IMG/VR virus record: IMGVR_UViG_3300042376_001667
DNA length: 64,000 nt
Source of the DNA: an uncultured virus (IMG/VR IMGVR_UViG_3300042376_001667)
Lineage: Duplodnaviria > Heunggongvirae > Uroviricota > Caudoviricetes
Direction: 5' to 3' (one strand)
Shown in pieces: positions 61,396 through 64,000 of the stretch. Position 1 is the first letter of the stretch. Each line of letters begins with the position of its first letter. The notes under the pieces were generated by a model. The model saw only the letters and a program-made list of their open reading frames with translations. It searched no databases and was not told the DNA's origin. A program made the position numbers and the translations under genes.

Positions 61396-64000
61396 TGGGA
61401 TTATTTACAGCAATTGCAACAGCTCTAAAGGTAAGTGTCTTTGCGGTAGTTCAAACCGCAATTGTGCTAGCTTCAATGGCGTACCAAATAGTACAAGCTA
61501 AGAAAATGCGTAATGCAGCAAAAGCAGCTGCTGAAGCAAGAAAAGGCTTTGAACTAGTTGTAGAAGGTGCTATTCAACCAATACCCTTAGTTTACGGAAG
61601 AGCTATTATAGGTGGAACGCGTGTTTATCATAACACTAGTAGCTCATTTGTGATGCCTACTACTCCTACTACTGCAAATAAAACTTTCAGTACTGGCGCT
61701 GCAGCGCAAGCCGGTGACAGTTACACTTACACGGATGAGAACGGAAGTTTAGCTACAGTCACGTATGGAGGTACTCCTGAAAAGAAATTAAATTCTAATA
61801 TTAACGGCTCGAAAAATGAATTTTTGTTTTTCCAGCAAGCACTTTGCGTGGGTCCTATCAACGCAGTATATGATGTAATTATTGATGAAACACAGTTTTT
61901 AAATGACCCTGCTCTAGGCGATTCGTATACTGAGTTCGTATATAAAAGCGGTTCCTTTGTAAGAGATACCGATAATAAAGCAGCAATGCGTCTTGATTAT
62001 TTTTACAATGGTGGTGTAGATCCTATAATGTCCAGTAATTTTGGAGAGAGGTCTACAGCAACTTTTAATAACATTGCATACCTGTCAGCTACAATTCGTT
62101 TAGATAGAGATGAGCCACAATTTAATAAAGTACCTACTATTCAAACTCTTATTGAAGGTAGAGTAGTAAGAGAAATTTCAAGAAGTGGAACAAGTCCAAA
62201 TTTTTCATATGCATTAGGTAATAATGTTTACTCTAACAATCCTGCATATTGCTTGTTAGACTACTTGCTAGACGCTACCGTAGGTAAAGGATTAACAATT
62301 TCCGATATTGACTTAGGTAGTTTCTATGATGCTGCTCAAATTTGTAACACAGTTGTACAAAGCAATGTAAATGTCGGTGGAAATATTTGGCAAACTACAG
62401 ATAAGTCTCGAAATGTTACCACTAAGAATTTGCCTTTATACGAATGTAATATCATAATTGATGTTTCTAAACCTATCAGAGAAAACGTTCAATCTATACT
62501 CTCAACAATGGGTGATGCAAGACTTGTATGGTCACAAGGTCGATATAAGTTGTTGCTTCAATATCCTGCTACGAATGCTAATATTAACCTCGCAGCAACA
62601 ATAACCGATGATGATTTAGTACATGACAGGCCTGTAGAAATTCTTTGGCCCTCAGCGAGCGATAGACTTAACTCTTGTACTATACGATATCATAATGAAG
62701 CAACTAACTTTAAAGAAGACTCTGTGTCTTGGCCTCCGAAAATCAATAGCACATTTGCTAGAGGTCTCGGCGCTACCAAGTATGTTGCAGTATCTGGTTG
62801 GGAAGGCACTAGCGAAGGTGAAAGACTCTTAAATAATTATGCTGTTTGGAACGGCGGTTCTAATACAACTTCAATGTCTTGGAAAATAGTTGCACCTGCC
62901 TCTGGCGACTATACTTTGAAATTTACTGCAGACGATGTTATAGACATTACTTTGAATACCACAAGTTCTAGAAGTGGGCATACTGGTGTATCTACTGTAA
63001 CAAGAACACTTACTGCAAATGCGGAGTATACAATATCAATATCTGCAACAAACACTGGCGGTTTGTTTGGAGCTGCAGCAACTTTAACGGCACCTAATGG
63101 TACCACAGTTTGGACAACCAGGAGTGATGTTTATACGTCTTTTGTAAACATATCTCAAACAAACACCGTTTACAACGCATATCTTGCAGAAGATAATAAT
63201 GTCAAACTAGAGACAGATATTTTTGCAGAAGGTATTACAGACTACTATCATGCTATTGCAAAAGCCGAAGAAACTGTAAGAATCAGTCGAACAGCTAGAA
63301 CAATAAGATTTCAATATGTTTTGAAGAATAATTACTTAGAACCCGGTGATATCATTAAGCTAAACAGCGCTACTCTAAGCTTAGGCAATACCTCTGATGT
63401 ATATCTCAGAGTGAATGAAGTAAAGCTTGAAGATAATGCAATTTGTGAAGTTGTAGGATCTCAGTTTGATGCAGCACAGCTTGTATGGAGTACTAAAGAC
63501 TCACAAGCAATAAATGCTATTAAATTGTACAACTTCTTTTTGTATGCACCATCGAGTCTTACATTTACAGCGGGTAACAATGTTGTAGCTAACTCTCCTG
63601 GAACGTTGACTTGGCCGGCATCTTCAAGCCCTTCTATTAGTGGATACATACTTTATTTTCATAAAGTATTAGATCTAGACAGCAGCGGCCGACCGATATA
63701 TAATGAAATTGGTCGTGCAACTCAAACACTGTTTTATGTTCCTGATTTAGGTGATGTTAATGGCGTTTTTGGTGTAAGAGCTTTTACAGACTCAATTGTA
63801 TCTGATTTAAGGACTAGTGGAAATGCCGTTAGGCTTAATACTGCATTAGTGCCACCAACACCAACTGGGTTTGCTGTAGCATTAGGAGGCGATTATAATC
63901 AAGTTTCAAAGCTCACTTGGACAATTCCTGCCTTAAGGTCTAATGGAATTCCTTATGCTGATCATTTCTTTACGAAGATTTTTAGAGCAAAAGACATCCC
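61395..64000 (+). CDS. central tail tip/host-specificity protein (J-like), truncated by window end
   Basis: Frame from ATG 61395 (MGLFTAIA...IPLVYGR...SNNPAYCLLDYL) appears open to the end of the window; absent from the ORF track, consistent with no stop inside the window. Confidence 0.8.
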   Translation, partial: MGLFTAIATALKVSVFAVVQTAIVLASMAYQIVQAKKMRNAAKAAAEARKGFELVVEGAIQPIPLVYGRAIIGGTRVYHNTSSSFVMPTTPTTANKTFSTGAAAQAGDSYTYTDENGSLATVTYGGTPEKKLNSNINGSKNEFLFFQQALCVGPINAVYDVIIDETQFLNDPALGDSYTEFVYKSGSFVRDTDNKAAMRLDYFYNGGVDPIMSSNFGERSTATFNNIAYLSATIRLDRDEPQFNKVPTIQTLIEGRVVREISRSGTSPNFSYALGNNVYSNNPAYCLLDYLLDATVGKGLTISDIDLGSFYDAAQICNTVVQSNVNVGGNIWQTTDKSRNVTTKNLPLYECNIIIDVSKPIRENVQSILSTMGDARLVWSQGRYKLLLQYPATNANINLAATITDDDLVHDRPVEILWPSASDRLNSCTIRYHNEATNFKEDSVSWPPKINSTFARGLGATKYVAVSGWEGTSEGERLLNNYAVWNGGSNTTSMSWKIVAPASGDYTLKFTADDVIDITLNTTSSRSGHTGVSTVTRTLTANAEYTISISATNTGGLFGAAATLTAPNGTTVWTTRSDVYTSFVNISQTNTVYNAYLAEDNNVKLETDIFAEGITDYYHAIAKAEETVRISRTARTIRFQYVLKNNYLEPGDIIKLNSATLSLGNTSDVYLRVNEVKLEDNAICEVVGSQFDAAQLVWSTKDSQAINAIKLYNFFLYAPSSLTFTAGNNVVANSPGTLTWPASSSPSISGYILYFHKVLDLDSSGRPIYNEIGRATQTLFYVPDLGDVNGVFGVRAFTDSIVSDLRTSGNAVRLNTALVPPTPTGFAVALGGDYNQVSKLTWTIPALRSNGIPYADHFFTKIFRAKDI

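Noticed and set aside
1..64000. Prophage/integration functions or alternative genetic code
   Set aside because: No integrase, repressor or host genes seen; long genes translate intact with the standard code and no suppressor tRNA is present

Overview
This window is a 64 kb slice of an AT-rich, long-tailed (siphovirus-like) dsDNA bacteriophage genome, with essentially all credible genes on the + strand. Positions 1-24.1 kb form an early/accessory region: an ATP-dependent DNA ligase, a nucleotidyltransferase-like protein, a DHH phosphoesterase, five tRNAs plus one tRNA-like element lacking an anticodon loop, several structured intergenic RNA candidates, and dozens of small ORFs including paralog families and GC-rich mosaic patches. 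A terminator, a 26-T tract and an AT-rich non-coding boundary follow at about 24.1-24.5 kb. The morphogenesis module then runs holin-like gene, terminase small and large subunits, a ~13 kb block of fibre/lectin-like genes, portal, putative internal head proteins, scaffold, major capsid, head-tail joining and tail genes (lambda-type GGGAAAG frameshift), a 2000-aa tape measure and tail tip genes. The standout is a 1559-aa gene between portal and scaffold that fuses a MuF/SPP1-gp7-type minor head protein domain to a T7-type single-subunit RNA polymerase with all catalytic motifs intact. It comes with a 16-bp motif CCCGTTAGATTAACCC repeated at module starts (candidate cognate promoter) and a structured leader upstream of the polymerase gene. 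All calls are from visual motif recognition; no database searches were run.
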